Source of the DNA: Lingula anatina
Taxonomy: Eukaryota; Animalia; Brachiopoda
Reading direction: 5' to 3'
Assembly (NCBI GenBank): GCA_051362555.1
Contig: CM120646.1
Location: forward strand, 15,500,001 to 15,564,000
Length of the DNA: 64,000 bases
This document shows positions 13,101-38,504 of the stretch, one piece after another. The notes under the pieces were generated by a model. The model was not told where the DNA came from and ran no database searches. It saw nothing but the letters and a program-made list of their open reading frames with translations. Position 1 is the stretch's first letter. Each line of letters begins with the position of its first letter. The translations under genes were made by a program, and so were the position numbers.

Positions 13101-14785
13101 TAATCCTTATTTTGGTCGTCCCTACAATATGACAGTGGTCCATCTCAACTTGATCGGGGTTAAAATGAAGCACTGAGCTGGTTGTAGGATACATTTTATC
13201 TTAGTTTGAAGTAATTAAAATCTTAGATGTTATATTCTCTTGCAATATTCCATCTTTAGCAAGACTGCACGCTGTAGTTCTGGCGTGACAGGAAAATGTT
13301 TGCAAAAACTAATACTAAAAGTACACGCAAACAGGTGGGGCATCAGGACTATTAAAAACTCAACAGGCAATATACGTGTATATATAATGATTACATCAAC
13401 CGCAAAAGTCTTATTAAAAGGAACAAGACCATAACATGTCTTCAGTGAAAAGAGGTACGTGAATATCTGTATCAGCTTGATTTACTTACTTATCCCGCCT
13501 CCAACGACTGTACAGTTACCCAGCGGATATGCCTTGTGGATCTGAATGGAAAAACACAGGTATTTAAGCCCGCATGTATATTACACATTATCCATAAGAT
13601 GCACAACTAAACATTGCAGTACATCTTGTATTTCTGTAACTTACCAATTGATCTTAATGAACAGCTCCACATTATTTAAGGACCCGTTACCGTACTCTTT
13701 TGGAACATGTGTAACCATTTAGGGCTCTTTGCGTAATGTAAAAGGCATGGTAAGATAAAAATTTGAATTTAAATTTGGATTTTTGTTCTATACACATGTT
13801 TTAAAAAAACTGAATACAACTTTGAATTCATTCAAGTTTTTTTTTTACACTTCAGCATGTGAAATGCACCTCTATATTGGGTTTGGGTGTACAATCTGAT
13901 ACCTTGTATGATGAATTTCTTCCTATGCATGCGAGCCTCTGTTAGCAAAGTTTTACATTTTATTTCTTATTCTTTTTCCATGCTTTTCAATAGTCGTTAC
14001 TTTATTAGGTAACGCAAAGCCTCAAAATGTTTCTCACTTATCTGCATCGTTTTTGACGGCACATCAAAATCTTTACGTGGCACGTGAACAAAATTAATCC
14101 ATTGTCTTCTCAATTTCTGTTTCTTTACCCGAAAGCAATGAAGCAAAACTTCGTCAATAGAGCTACTATTGCATCCCTGCGCCACACAATAGCGCCCATT
14201 GCCTCTCTTCAACATGTTTCAGTCAAAACGATGAGAATTACGACTCGCTACAAGCTTCCAAACCATTCATATCATAAGCAGCATGGCGGTTAAACGAGTC
14301 TACCAAGTACATTACGTCCCTTCCGTTTCAGCGAGTTTTCTGCAGTTGCGTTCAGGCATAGAAGTAGAGGTTCTGGTGAGTTGTTTTGCATTATCGTCAA
14401 TTACACCGCATCAGGCTATCGTTTGGGCCCGGGTTTTCCGGGAATTGAATATTAAAAAAGTACTCCGTCGGACTACATAAAAACGTATCCAATTCTACCT
14501 TTCTTTAACTACATGTATTCCGATTCACCGCAATAAAAAAACGTATCAAAATCTGTAAATAAATGTTTGCGTTATGCTACTGGTAGACAGACAAACTAAC
14601 TACAGAGTTACTAACAAACAGAAATATTACCTCCTTGGGCGGAGGTAATTCGATAAATTTTGCCTAAAAAGCGGAAAAACGTTTGATGCGTACTTACCAG
14701 TGAGAGTAAAGTGAAGAAAATCAAACAATTCTGCCTGACCCACTGCATGTTCAAGCACTGAGTGGCTCTCGTGCGGCGATCCCAT
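7180..14785 (-). CDS. Laccase-like multicopper oxidase (3 cupredoxin domains), multi-exon, with an internal frameshift near 9550
   Basis: All four copper motifs are present: HWHG (exon about 10445-10262), WYHSH (exon starting about 10008), HPIHVHGH (exon about 8383-8197) and HCHVELHSVAGM (last exon 7416-7180). Also DGVYRRISTVNGKLVGPIIR (about 10902-10826), KDSVIVPSGGYAVIRITSDNPG (about 7869-7680) and N-terminal exons at about 11902-11725, 12382-12290 and 14785/14748-14698. The start codon choice is uncertain. Confidence 0.88.
11255..11370. repeat. Long imperfect inverted repeat (hairpin), probably a MITE
   Basis: agatacaacactcgtcgccgagctgtacgtgaaaattactcgtgtattg pairs with caatacactcgtaatatttcacgtacagctcggcgactcgtattgtatct. 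Confidence 0.75.
12780..13200 (+). mobile_element. Degenerate Tc1/mariner transposase remnant in laccase intron 1
   Basis: RHWRHVWFSDETKF matches the Tc1 first catalytic-Asp motif (W..V.FSDE.KF); the rest is broken. Confidence 0.65.
13997..14215 (-). mobile_element. Degenerate THAP zinc-finger domain (transposon-derived remnant)
   Basis: YCVAQGCNS...LHCF...LRRQWINFV...RKDF...ISEKHF follows the THAP pattern C-x4-C...F(P)...W...C-x2-HF, with the Pro and third Cys lost. Confidence 0.7.
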
Positions 14786-14811
14786 CCACGCCAGGAGTAA
14801 CTAGCTGTCTC

Positions 14812-14820
14812 TTTTATATA
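14812..14820 (-). promoter_or_regulatory. Candidate TATA box of the multicopper oxidase gene
   Basis: TATATAAAA on the minus strand, just upstream of the exon whose donor (CTG|gtaagt) is at 14698. Confidence 0.55.
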
Positions 14821-15325
14821 GACGTTAAAACGTGACCAGCAGCCCTAATAATCGTGTCAATTTTTTTTCACAGTTGCTCCTTCAGAGATAAAATAAACAC
14901 ACCTCTCTTTGTCTCTCTCTCTCTCTCTAAAAAAAGGGAAACAACAAGAACAGGGCCTTTTGTCTTTAATAGGCAAGTTAGAGGTCCATTTAGCGACAAA
15001 TTAAGCTTATCTTGAGGGGTCACTACATTTTGGTTCAAATAGGCCAAACCGTGCAATAAGTTGGCCAAAGCAGTGGATTATACTAATGATTTCACCTTTT
15101 AGAATATCTTCTATACTAAATATGAGAATATATATTAAAATCTATGACTATTTTATTTTTCTTTGCCCTTGACTCTTTGGTTAACATGCGTTAACGTTTG
15201 CATACGCTGTGCTACATGTGTGATATATTGGTGGATTTCCAGCTCACCATTTTCCATTAATTGCACGGTTTTTCTCGACAGATGAATCCATACTGTCGGT
15301 TAAGCAGATCGACCCGATCGACTAG

Positions 15326-15450
15326 TACTCTCTACCAGGGCGACAGATTGATTTTCCACAGATATTTATAGATATGTCTATAGATAAATAGACAGTCATT
15401 TTGGCTCTCAGTAATATCCACAATAATAACTGCGGCCCTGGTAGAGGGTA
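15326..15450. mobile_element. MITE family A (TIR tac.ctctaccagggc), copy 1
   Basis: TIRs tactctctaccagggc / gccctggtagagggta; a second copy lies in the opposite orientation at 60712-60836. Confidence 0.8.
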
Positions 15451-17530
15451 ATCGACTAGCTACAAGTGACGCCACGCACGAAGTCCTTTTGAATCGCAAT
15501 AGTAATTATATACTTTCTCAGTCTCTGCCTGTTTCCATTTTGCCATTGAGGTGTCTCATTAATGGGGTCATTTCACCTGCATATTTTATAGTTAGACAGG
15601 ATACATTGCAATATAATAAAATCAGACAGTTAAGAGGTTTTTGTTAGTTCATCATATCATGTGAGCTAACTAATACAGTGATAATAATTGTAGTAACGAG
15701 ATATTGAAAGGAAAATGACATTAAATGGCAATTTGTCAGAATTATAAGATTGTGGTTAAAAGCACACGAGACGAATTTATCATGTCAGAATATATCGAGG
15801 TTTATAATGCCATTACATTTGACTTCCTTTATACATTTGTACTGCAGATAATGGACAAAGGGCACCTACAGCGAAAGATGGTATACATTTTCGATTAGGT
15901 TGACCGAAATAATAAAACAAGATCTGGAAACGCGTTGGTTTATCGTGTTTCCCATCAACGAATAAGATAAAGCTGACGTATATTAAGAAAAAAGTATCGA
16001 TAGAGCGCTTAAGCGTTGCTTTTCAGTCTGTTTGCGTGCATAAACATTTTAAGTTTATATGGTCAACACGAAGATCATCGGATTTATGATTACGGTGAAC
16101 AGAATACTTTGCTGGGCACCCAAAAAGACAGATTTGATTTTCATGGGACACCAATCATAAAAGGTGTCCTGCTAAAGATATTTAATAATTATGCGAAACA
16201 AATTATTCCTGATTATAGGGCAACTCCATGGGAGTTAGCCGCCAAATAGATTTCCCGAGAAAATAAGCAATTTTCTTTTACTCGTGAATCATTAATCTAT
16301 CCATCAGATCTCTGCACTTGGATTCAACCTTTATTAATTAAATTAATAAAAGTTGTTTAAGTTTGAAATGACTATCCAGTCATTATAACCAGCGACCATC
16401 ATCTTAAGTTCCGATGGAAGTTTCAACATCAGGTACACTCCAGAAAATTATTTGAAGGTTGAAAACGCGTTCTTAGGTGTATGTAAGGTTTTATAAGAAG
16501 CTGTGGTTGGCAATAAGCATTTGGGGAATATTCAAGAAGTGTACCTTCAAATGCTGTGTTTCTTCGACTCATCACTTGCAAAGTATGACTCTCCCTTACT
16601 GACACGCATCGTAGCTCTGAAACAAGCTTTTAAAAGCGCTTTTTTTTCAATCTTCTTCGACAGCTGACATAGATTAGAAAATACTTGCGAATATGACTCT
16701 TCTCAAATGATCAAAAAGTATCATTTGAGCTTAGAAAGTTCAACAAACATTGGTTGAACGCCTTGGCCCTTTAATCTGGCAATTTTTTAGAATGTTTATC
16801 CCCAACTCTTTTTGAGCTCAGTGAAAGGTTCCATATGGCTTACTTGTCCTTTTGCTTCGCCTTAAAATACAATCTTTTTACATAGGTATGATTTCATAGA
16901 AAAAAAACTCGGGATAAATTCTACATTCAGCATAAACCATCTGTAGGACTGTGCGGAAATTTCACCTTGTAATTGTTATAACAGATGCATGCTAACAAGA
17001 TTCCGTTACAAAATACGCCCTGCGTTTAAAATAGATGTTTTATGCAAAACCTGCATCACAGTTTATGTTTTCTGCAGGTCCACTATGTCTGTCATAAAAA
17101 AATGTTGTATATTACATTGGGTTTTAATTGTAACGTACAATTAACAACCTCCATCATTTTTCGGATAGACACGGGTATCATATGAAAATACTGTCGCCGA
17201 AAGCAAGCCATCTTGGATTTTGCTTGTCAGGGATTGACACTGTGTCGTTTGTTTTGGTCTAGAACCCACCAAATTCCTAGTTTTAATCTACTGGTGCAAA
17301 TGGTTGAAAATATTCAATTATTACGACCTCCACCGACTTTAGATAGCACAACGTTTACTGAAGCCATGATCAGACTATATATCCACAACGTAGGCCTACA
17401 CTATTATTACAAGGTATAGGCCTAAGTACAAATACAAGCTCAAGAGCAGTGTAATAACGACTGCTATATTTACTGTTTGTCGTCAAGACTCAAGAAATAC
17501 TAATAGTTCAACGATGGAAAGAAAAATGGC

Positions 17531-17568
<38 letters not shown>

Positions 17569-19711
17569 ACAGACAGTTAACGCACCTAATAAGTCAAAAT
17601 CATAATCATATGCCAGGCAGTGATCGAGTCTTTTTTTTTTTTTTCAAAATTAGGTAGCCTGCTTTCCAAGTGAATAGCTTATATTCAGGAGATATATTTG
17701 CCTTGCCCCCCCCCCCCCTCGAAAGAACCCCCCTTTTTGCTGGAAAAAGGTCCACTCTGGGTAAAATTTGACCTAGGTACATGTACATGTACATGGGGAT
17801 TACATGGTAAAAGGTCCACTTTTTCAGAAAAAGAACCCCCCCCCCCTTTGAAATTGCTGGCTACGGGCCTGTAATATTTTAACTATTAGTATTTATTTGC
17901 CTTAGTTCTATGCCAAATACACCACTGAATGGATTGATCAAATCTGATAGACGGCAGACATCGAAACATTGGACAAGAAAAGGAACTACATATGCACATG
18001 CAACACCTCACGGTTATCGCATAATCTTTCTACAAGCACTTAATGTAACGATAGCAGCCATTGGAGTGCTCATTGTACCACAAGCCAATCAAAAGCAGTC
18101 TTTCAGTAGGCTTTCAGAATCCCCATTTCCGGTCAGACTGCAGTCGATCGGGTTCTTTCTATTATTTCGTCAATATTGGTCAAATGTTTACAAATTGATT
18201 AGCTCAAAATGTTCAGTCCGAGTATTCTACCACAACAGGTAAGTTAAAGACAACCAATAACAACCATGTACTATAATGTGCATCTGAATTCTCAAATAAC
18301 CATCTGGGCTATGCCTATGAAATTTACGTAATTTCCACTGGGCCTGGTAATGCTGTCTGCAGCCTCAACAAGTCAGCAGAAAGTCAAGTGCCCAGACAGC
18401 TTTTAAGACTAATGCTACCAACACTGGTCTGTTGGGTGGCAATGTACTCCATGGGTACCCTGGTTATGCACTAACGTTACTATTACTAATGCTAACTAGT
18501 TGAAGCAAGTGTGATGCCCAAGTGTAAAGTCGATGACACATATGCTATGCTAGGTGTGTAAGACTCTTAACTTAAGTAGGGTCCACACATTTTTTAATAA
18601 GTAAGAGACTTGATATTTTACACACAGATAGCTACTTATCAGAGTATGAATAAACCATTAAATTTTTTAACTATATCATTTCGATAAAAACTTATTCAAG
18701 TTTTATGAAACCATGTCTGAATTTTTTTCAGATGCAACTTTCAAAAAAGACTCAAAGTTGCTGCACTTGATTTTCACCCCCTAAATAATATCATGGGAAC
18801 TTGAAATTTGTCGCATGATTAGTAAATGTGCTTAGCATGGGCACACAGTTTAAAATTTGATTCTAGTGAAGCAGACAAAGTGAAATAATTTTTGGCCAAG
18901 GATGTGTGCAATATGGAAAATACAAATTGATACAAAGTATATGCAGTAGAACTTTACCTCCTAACATTGGTAGAATGGGGAACAAGAGGATGGGGAGGCA
19001 AAATATTACAAATTAAAGCTGGTTTCCCTGGGAATTGGGGTGCAGGGAGTCCACCTGTGAATCTGTAATTTGGTTGAATTAATTCATAGGGAGTCAAACC
19101 AACCAAGCCAAAAATCTTGTAAGCCATTCAGCTATATTTGAGGCGCTGGAGAAAGCCTTATTACAAAATAAATATTTCCCAAATTTTACCAAAAAACTGA
19201 CATGCTGTTGGAAAAAGTTAAGTCCTTGTTTATATTACACGTCATATATTTAATCTTGCAACCCTTTACCACTTTTAAGATTAAGTCAATTTAAAAGTTA
19301 ACCCTGGAATATTTTCACTTTCAACCTTTCCAAAGTTGTCAAAACAGTGGCGTGGCAGTTGCTATACTGACTGTTCAATGTGTAAGTCAAATTTCAACAC
19401 ATGTTCATTTCCTGAAGCAGTAGTTGCAAAGCAGCATGCAATAATGATATGAAAATGGGTAGAAATTGGACACTCAGGGGACACTTTTTATGGGCTGTTT
19501 ATGTAATAATTCGTGTCACCTTTTATCATCTGTTCTGTATTCTAAGACGAGGTGGGTGATCAATTTAGCAAAAAAAAAAAAAAAAAGCCTGCTATCTTCA
19601 CGTGTGGTTGGAAACTAAAGTGATTATATATTTGTTTATATTACATTAAAATTCTTCTGCTTAGCTTTGTCTACTAGTTAGACTGCTATTTGGTTCTCTC
19701 AATCTGCCTTA

Positions 19712-31627
<11,916 letters not shown>

Positions 31628-33104
31628 GTGTGTCAGCCCATTTAACCCTGAGATCAGAACGTACAGCTGTGGAGATGAACACTCTTGGTGGACTTTATCT
31701 TCAAAAGCATTTTCAAGAATTGTTTAAAGTATTGAAATGCGTTCCAATTTGAAGTGACTAGTTATTTTATGTCAATGGAATATTTTGAACAAAAATTGGA
31801 GAATCAATGACAGCAAAGTTTATCAGTATTTCATGATATGTAACAGTAAGGTGAGATAAACTGGACCTGTGTGTGCATAGCATGGGTGCTCTTATTAAGA
31901 AAATCTCAGGATAAATTCTGACAGAAACTTTGATCTTCTGTTTTCAGTTTAGAGGCAGTTGAAAATATTACCAATAATTACCAATAAAGATTTTAAAAAA
32001 TGTACATAAAAAAGATAGCAGCTTGCTGTTACTGCTTAACATCTGACCTTTGATCTCCAACCTTAAAATTTGGTAATGGATGAATGTCTATCAGAGGCAT
32101 CATTTTAAGTTTGTGAAAGCTCCTACTTTTCATAACATGACATGACCAAACTGATTATATATGTAGGGTTGGGATTGTGGATATGTATACTTAAATGTAA
32201 TAATAAGATTTATTTCATTCTTGAATGAGTGGTATTTTCAAGATAATGCCTGATTTCAGGATTTTTGTTCTACATATTGACAGTTTTTTTGTTTTTTTTT
32301 TTTCATTTGGTCTTAATGCGATAGGAAATGTGCTGCTACATTTCCAGGATTTTCAGTGTTTTCCTACTTTCACCAAAGTTCTATGATCAGAAATAGGGTT
32401 TCACATTTTTTACTGTTATCAATTTATTTGTTCAATATATTGAAGAAGAGATAACTTAAAATAATTTTTAGTGAGTATTATAAATAATTATATTCCTTGC
32501 ACAATATAATGCGTATGCCTGTATCCATCATGGGTGTACAAATGATGGGTCCAAGGCCTGTAGTTTTAGAGCTAATTGCACTGTACATAATAATAATAAT
32601 AATAATGTTTGCTGTTTTTTATATTCAAAGTGATTACAGAAATAAACAGCAGTTGTTAATATATTGGTCTGGTGGTATCAACCTGCATCTATCTACATGT
32701 TAAGTGACACCTCTATATGAAACGACAATTTAAAACTTGACTCTAAGAGCAGATCGTTCTGGACTAGTTTGCTTGAAAGCATCGCTTGCTGCATGTACGG
32801 GGCCATCAATTGTCTTGTATGCGTCTGTCCAAGTGTTAAAATCATGGCATAATGGCAGAGAAAATGAAGTTAGCGGATCCAAAAGTATACGCAATTACTT
32901 TGGGACATTTGGGATTTATAACACTTCAGTAATCGGAATCCTTAGGCCGGCCGAGTTAGCGGTTAACGGTAACGGAGAGATTGCCAACAGACAGGGTCAG
33001 TTCGACCTTGTACCACCCCAGCTAACACAGAGCATTTGGATAACATTACCATTAAATAGAATTAAATAGAGATAGAATTAAATATTAGTTATACTAAAGA
33101 GCGA

Positions 33105-33550
33105 ATGAATGGGAAGTAGACTCTATCACGGGGGACTCTCTGTCACGGTTAGCTATTGACTTCATTCAAGTTTCATCTGTGGCGTAGCTGGTAAATGGTG
33201 CCGCACAAATGAATTTCGTTCTGCTCAACGTCAGAACCCGAACATGGTGTTATCATCAACGGTGCATGATGTACATAAGGTCTTGTTTAAGAGGCCGAAC
33301 GGAACGTTCCTAAGTAGATTACTTTGTAATGCGACTTCGTTTTATGCTGAGGTTTAGTTTGGCTTCAACAATGACATTAAAGAGTATGACATGCACGGCG
33401 CCATGCTGGTGTTCCCATTCATTTGTATCACGGGGGCATTAAGTCTCGCCCTAGATTTTGACCCACTTAGGTAAGGCTAACCCTAACCATTATAACCAAA
33501 TGGATGGCGGACTTGCTGTGACACGGACCCTCAGTTTCGTAACACCGGTG
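33105..33550. repeat. Interspersed repeat family with ggttagggtt motif (related copy at about 43655-43820)
   Basis: gaatgggaag..gactct..atca.gggggactctctgtcac occurs at 33107 and 43774; 33448-33547 is the reverse complement of 43655-43756. Confidence 0.7.
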
Positions 33551-36500
33551 TGACACCGAGTAAGCTATTGTCTCAATTCACGTTTGATCTGTGGCGTACC
33601 TTGTAAAGGATTGAGATCAATGACCATCCGGGTTCCCCGCCTAAGCATCATTTTAGGTTTTTTTAGTACATGAAGAGAAAGGAAATATTAATGACGGCGC
33701 AGACATTGTGATAATGACCAGCAATAAGTTGTCATATCGATCACTTATTCTAAATTATAGCGTTTTTTATGCAAAAGGTAATTTGCCCGGACCCACGAGA
33801 GCTTTCATTCATTTTCGCGACTTCCCGATTCCAGGGCCAGCTGCTGGTTGTTGTGGTGAAATGACATCTGTCATTCAAGATTTGAACTCCTGACTTTCCG
33901 TTCTCATGATCGATGGATTTTTTAAAATATATATTTGCAACCGTGAACGCTGCCTACTGCGCTGTGGCTGACCCGCCCACCCTCCATACGTACGTGTTTT
34001 CTCTTATAGTAATCAAACGCAGTTTTTCAGAAATTATTTCTAGCAAAAATAATTCACTTTACTTTTCAGAATTCGAACCCGTGTATTCGCGGCTAGCTGT
34101 TACCTAGACAGCGGGGTTACCACGGTGCCGCAGAAGCTTCGTTGATAGGCTTAAGATCATATAGAAACTTTCTAACTTGTCACGGAGGGGGGCAGTTTGG
34201 ATGTACATGTATATATCTGCAATACAATCGATAATCCGGGTGCCATACAAGCGTATCTCATCCCGCGCAACGTCAGGCCCGAACATGGTCTTACATGTAT
34301 CATCAATGTTGAAAGATCATGATGTAGGCCTACATGAAGCCTTGAATGAGAAAGATATAATAACAATATTTTGATATTTCTATAATAATAAAATAATTGC
34401 TATAATAATAAATGAATCTCTAAAATTAGCAACATGAATTAAATAAAATCATGATTAATGTGCACTTTGTGTGGCGTTCGAGTCTATTATTGTACTTCCA
34501 TCTTCGCAAATAATTTATGCAAAAACGGGATCGCAAACAGCAATCGGTCGCTACATTTTCTAGATTTTAGCGTGTGGCCACAAATGGCGATTCTTTCGAG
34601 CAAGCGAGTCCAGGTGTTAGTGATATCTGTACTAGTGCCACGTTGTTAAAGGTTTAATCTGTCATTTTTGAGAGTTGTTTATGTGTGATGGTGCTCATGG
34701 GCAAAGGGGGAGCACTGAATATCCTCCATTTCCAAAACGGTGCTCCTACCCTTTTCTTTGGTGATTATAGCCCCATACTGCATGAACATTTATGGCTACA
34801 TCATGTTCACTGTATCTCTCCTTGTTTTGACTGACAAGATGATTGGGGTGGTTCTTTGTCGACTATTCTCGAAGATTCTGACTCTGTCAGGCAAGCTTAT
34901 CAGTGAACTGCCCACTTACATGTTTACTGAACTCACTCTCAACTTACACTGAAATGTAACAGCCGCTGCATTGAGAGCTGAATTCTAACCCCCCCCTCCC
35001 TCTCCACAAAAAATGCACACAAAGGTTCTTTAAAAATATTGGAAGATCGTTTTGTCCGTCATTTTGAAATCGTCTATTTATTGACCTAAATATTGAAAAA
35101 AATGTTCCCAGATTCGTGTTAAGCCTAAACTTCTGCCTCAACAAACACCTGTTAATGAACATATTGTTGGTTTATCCTACCGTACTTATACACAGAAGCC
35201 CAGGCATTTTATTACGTATGCCACATTATTGTCCTCCGAGCGCCCGTTAAAGGCAATTATCTAGAGTGCTGTCATCTTTGATAGCCCAACCCGATGCATG
35301 ATTGTTTTGCATAGGTTATTTCTAAACTGATTTGATGAGAGTGAGTTCAGCTAAAGGCAAAAGTTTTAAACACGCCCCACAGTCATATTCGTATATTGTA
35401 AAGGTTCTCTCTCTCCCCCCCCCCCCCCATTTCAGACTTTAAAAACGATAAAACTCCGTAAATAACATTTCATCTGAAGCCTACCTTATTTCTTTATTAC
35501 AGTACCTATTAAGCCAAAGTTGAAGCCCTGCCGTTTCGCAGTTTGAAATAAAAAATAATTAGAATCATCTGTATTATACACGACATAAGGCCAAGATTCA
35601 AACACCATGCCATTTTCTCGTGTTATTAAGTGAAAACAAAGTCATGCCCGGTTAATGTCAGTACGGCAGATATTCTTAGTGACTGGCTAGTCATTTAGAA
35701 CTAAATTAAGAAATTAAAAATGGGATAAAACATCGAATCTAAGTTCAGGGAACGGTCAAGCAATGACTTGTGACTGCTTTTTCTCGAGGAAAATTCTCAG
35801 CACTACCATGGCCATGTCTGGTATACGTGCATAATAAACCGATAGCCCTTTTTCTGGTTTATATTTGATATCACTAAAGATACATGTAAACATTAGAAAA
35901 TGTCCCCAAATCATCATTTCTCTCTCTCTACATATCCTGCAAAGCTGCTTATCTTTTCCAATTCAGTAAAAAATGATAAAATGAAAATGATACACAAATC
36001 TTATAAACGTATATTAAGGCTGTAAATCTTTCTGAATTTACAGGATGACGTGTCGGTCAAGGCAATTATTAAGAAATGGTATAAAATATCGAATCCAAAT
36101 ACAAGGGCAGGTCGAACAATAATTCGTGAATAGACAAAAATTATTTCGAGGAAATTCGATTTCCAGGAAAAATGCCTGATAGCTTTAAGAGGTTGCGTAA
36201 TTTGAGAAGTGAGTTCGCCTACAAACACCAATGTCTCTTGACAGCTGACAACTTTCTTCACTCGCAGATAAAAATAAACATAGTGCTTTCTTATTTTTCT
36301 TCTGGTACTGAAGACAAATTCATTACACACATAGGATTCAAACCAGAAAATGCATGTTTAAGCCATTTACCGTACGATGTCCGTACGGTGCTCGTATACT
36401 GCCCGTAACTCCAATTTTGTGCGGCGTCTGCACGGAGCCCCTACGTGGCCCATAAGATCTTGTCTAGCTTTAATTTGTGACACAATTTTAAAATCGTACA

Positions 36501-37333
36501 CCCGTAGCATTATCGTAGATGGTATCCTAAAGGTCCCGAACCGAACTCCCGTTCCTGATTGTTCGGTGGACTTGCGGTGATCGTGATAATGATTGAACCT
36601 GTTGTAGGTCTCCTTGCCTTCTACTATTTTTGGTTTTAGAAGGCATAACAATAGTACAGATGTTTAAAACTTATTGTTATTCATTTGACATTGTGACTCT
36701 ACTTTCTTCTGATCACATGGGTGACAAAATTGTAGGGCAGTGCACCGACAACGTATCCATCTTCAAGGAAGCCGCATGGAAGGCGTGCGGCCACTGCAGT
36801 ATATATGAAAGGGCTCTGTACGATAATTTTCAACCCAAAAAACTGAATTTTTCTACTGACCTCCAGGTCATGTCGTAGAAATGTCACAGCATGGCAAATA
36901 CCAATTATTTCTACAAGTATTTTCTGCCCAAAATACCAAAAGAAAAATGTTATCTCACGTATGTTGTTGAAAAAACTGTTTTTTTTTTCTCCGAGCCAAC
37001 GTCTTCACTCCCGTTCACCTCCAGCTAAAAATGACCACACAGCTTCACGTCTTACACAACTACACGTCACTTCCGGCACAATCCTGTCTCCTCCGGTAAC
37101 CTCTATTCGTGGCTGGAATCGTTAATTTGTGCATTTGTGTTCCCAAATCTAAAGCTCGTGTTAGAAAAAGGCGATTTTTAGTTTATGAGGCCTGAAGACA
37201 TCTCTGAAAAACTGTGTGTGAGTGGGGGGAGGGTATGGTGCCCATTAGAAACGTAGATGAGTGGCAACTGTAACGTAAAATGTTGCTCTTAATGCTTGCA
37301 CTGAGTTTGAGTGCAGAAATAAGAAACACACAC

Positions 37334-37374
<41 letters not shown>

Positions 37375-38335
37375 GGGGAGAGACGCTACTGGTTTTCATG
37401 TAGTATAATCGTGATATTTCTGAAATATCCTTGTCACAGATTCTGTCTCTAACATATAGTATTCATTGAAATGACTTTCGGAGAAACTAATGAATATTTC
37501 ATCACTTGAAATGATTGCAAAACTAAGAAAAGCTTCCTTTGTTAAGGGGAAAATTACGATAAAATGTTTGAGTGTCAAACGTGAACTTATCAAAAGGGAA
37601 TTATAAGCCTTTGCATCATACGAAATGCTTTTAGGAAAATTAGACATTCCCTGGTATTCTAAGGTTACCGCAAGGTCTTCATTATTAAGCGTGCCACGTT
37701 CAGAAATTAGTAAATTGTGTCAGCCTCAATGAAATTTGTCAGGTGTGAAATAAATCTATATATTTGATGACACCCGTTACAATGGATAAAATTACATTTT
37801 TCTCTTTTATAACAGCGCCAAAGAATCGAATCACGAAATCGCCACATGCCTGATTCGATATCAATAATAGGCCTCTCTCACAATTTCTGTAATGAAAGTC
37901 GTGTGCAAAATTAAAACAAAAAAGAAAGGGAAAAATGAAAGAAAGGACACAAAAAACTTTGCACCCCTTACCATTATTATTATTATTATTATTATTAGCT
38001 ATTCACATACAACTTTTACCCGAAATTAGTCTTACGATCTAAATTTCACTCTACCTTAGTCCATAAAAAATCAATTGTATCGTTTTGGTTACAAAACAGT
38101 ATTACGAATGATTCACACCAATTCTTTTTCAATGGATTTACTTATTTATTTATTCATTTATTCATTTATTTATTTATTTTCAACTGAAGAAGTAGCAAGA
38201 GCAAGTTTTATCCAAATTTCTAGATCAATTCTAAGGATAATTTTTTTGCGGGATTTTTTTAATCCTTTGAATCTTAAACAGATGCGAGGGTGACTTGCAG
38301 AGGGCGGTATCATGCTGTGCGGGTGAACAGCTATG

Positions 38336-38420
38336 CCAATCAATCAGAGCACAAACGTGTTACATGTGTGTATATTCGAGACAAATAACGCCCGCTTATT
38401 TACAAAGCCGCGGTATAAAT
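38336..38420 (+). promoter_or_regulatory. CCAAT and TATA boxes of neuropeptide precursor A
   Basis: gccaatcaatc at about 38335 and TATAAAT at about 38414, upstream of a short exon ending in G|gtgagt at 38523. Confidence 0.55.
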
Positions 38421-38504
38421 ATTGCTCCGCCGATGGGAGAAGACAGTATGCTTTCTGATCATCGAGTGCGCTACATTGCCCAAAGGAAATCACAGTGCCA
38501 AAAT

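Noticed and set aside
14698-14748. MQWVRQNCLIFFTLLSL as the definite laccase N-terminus
   Set aside because: It looks like a signal peptide but ends in phase 0, whereas the next candidate exon (12382) needs phase 1. The ATG at 14785 fits the phase but lies very near the TATA box; left unresolved.
16300-17400. Coding-like texture between laccase and YME1L
   Set aside because: No sustained frame or recognisable domain in the frames I read; at most an old transposon remnant.
32940-33020. tRNA- or SINE-like segment with gttcga
   Set aside because: I could not fold a cloverleaf, the A-box is unconvincing, and no second copy was seen.
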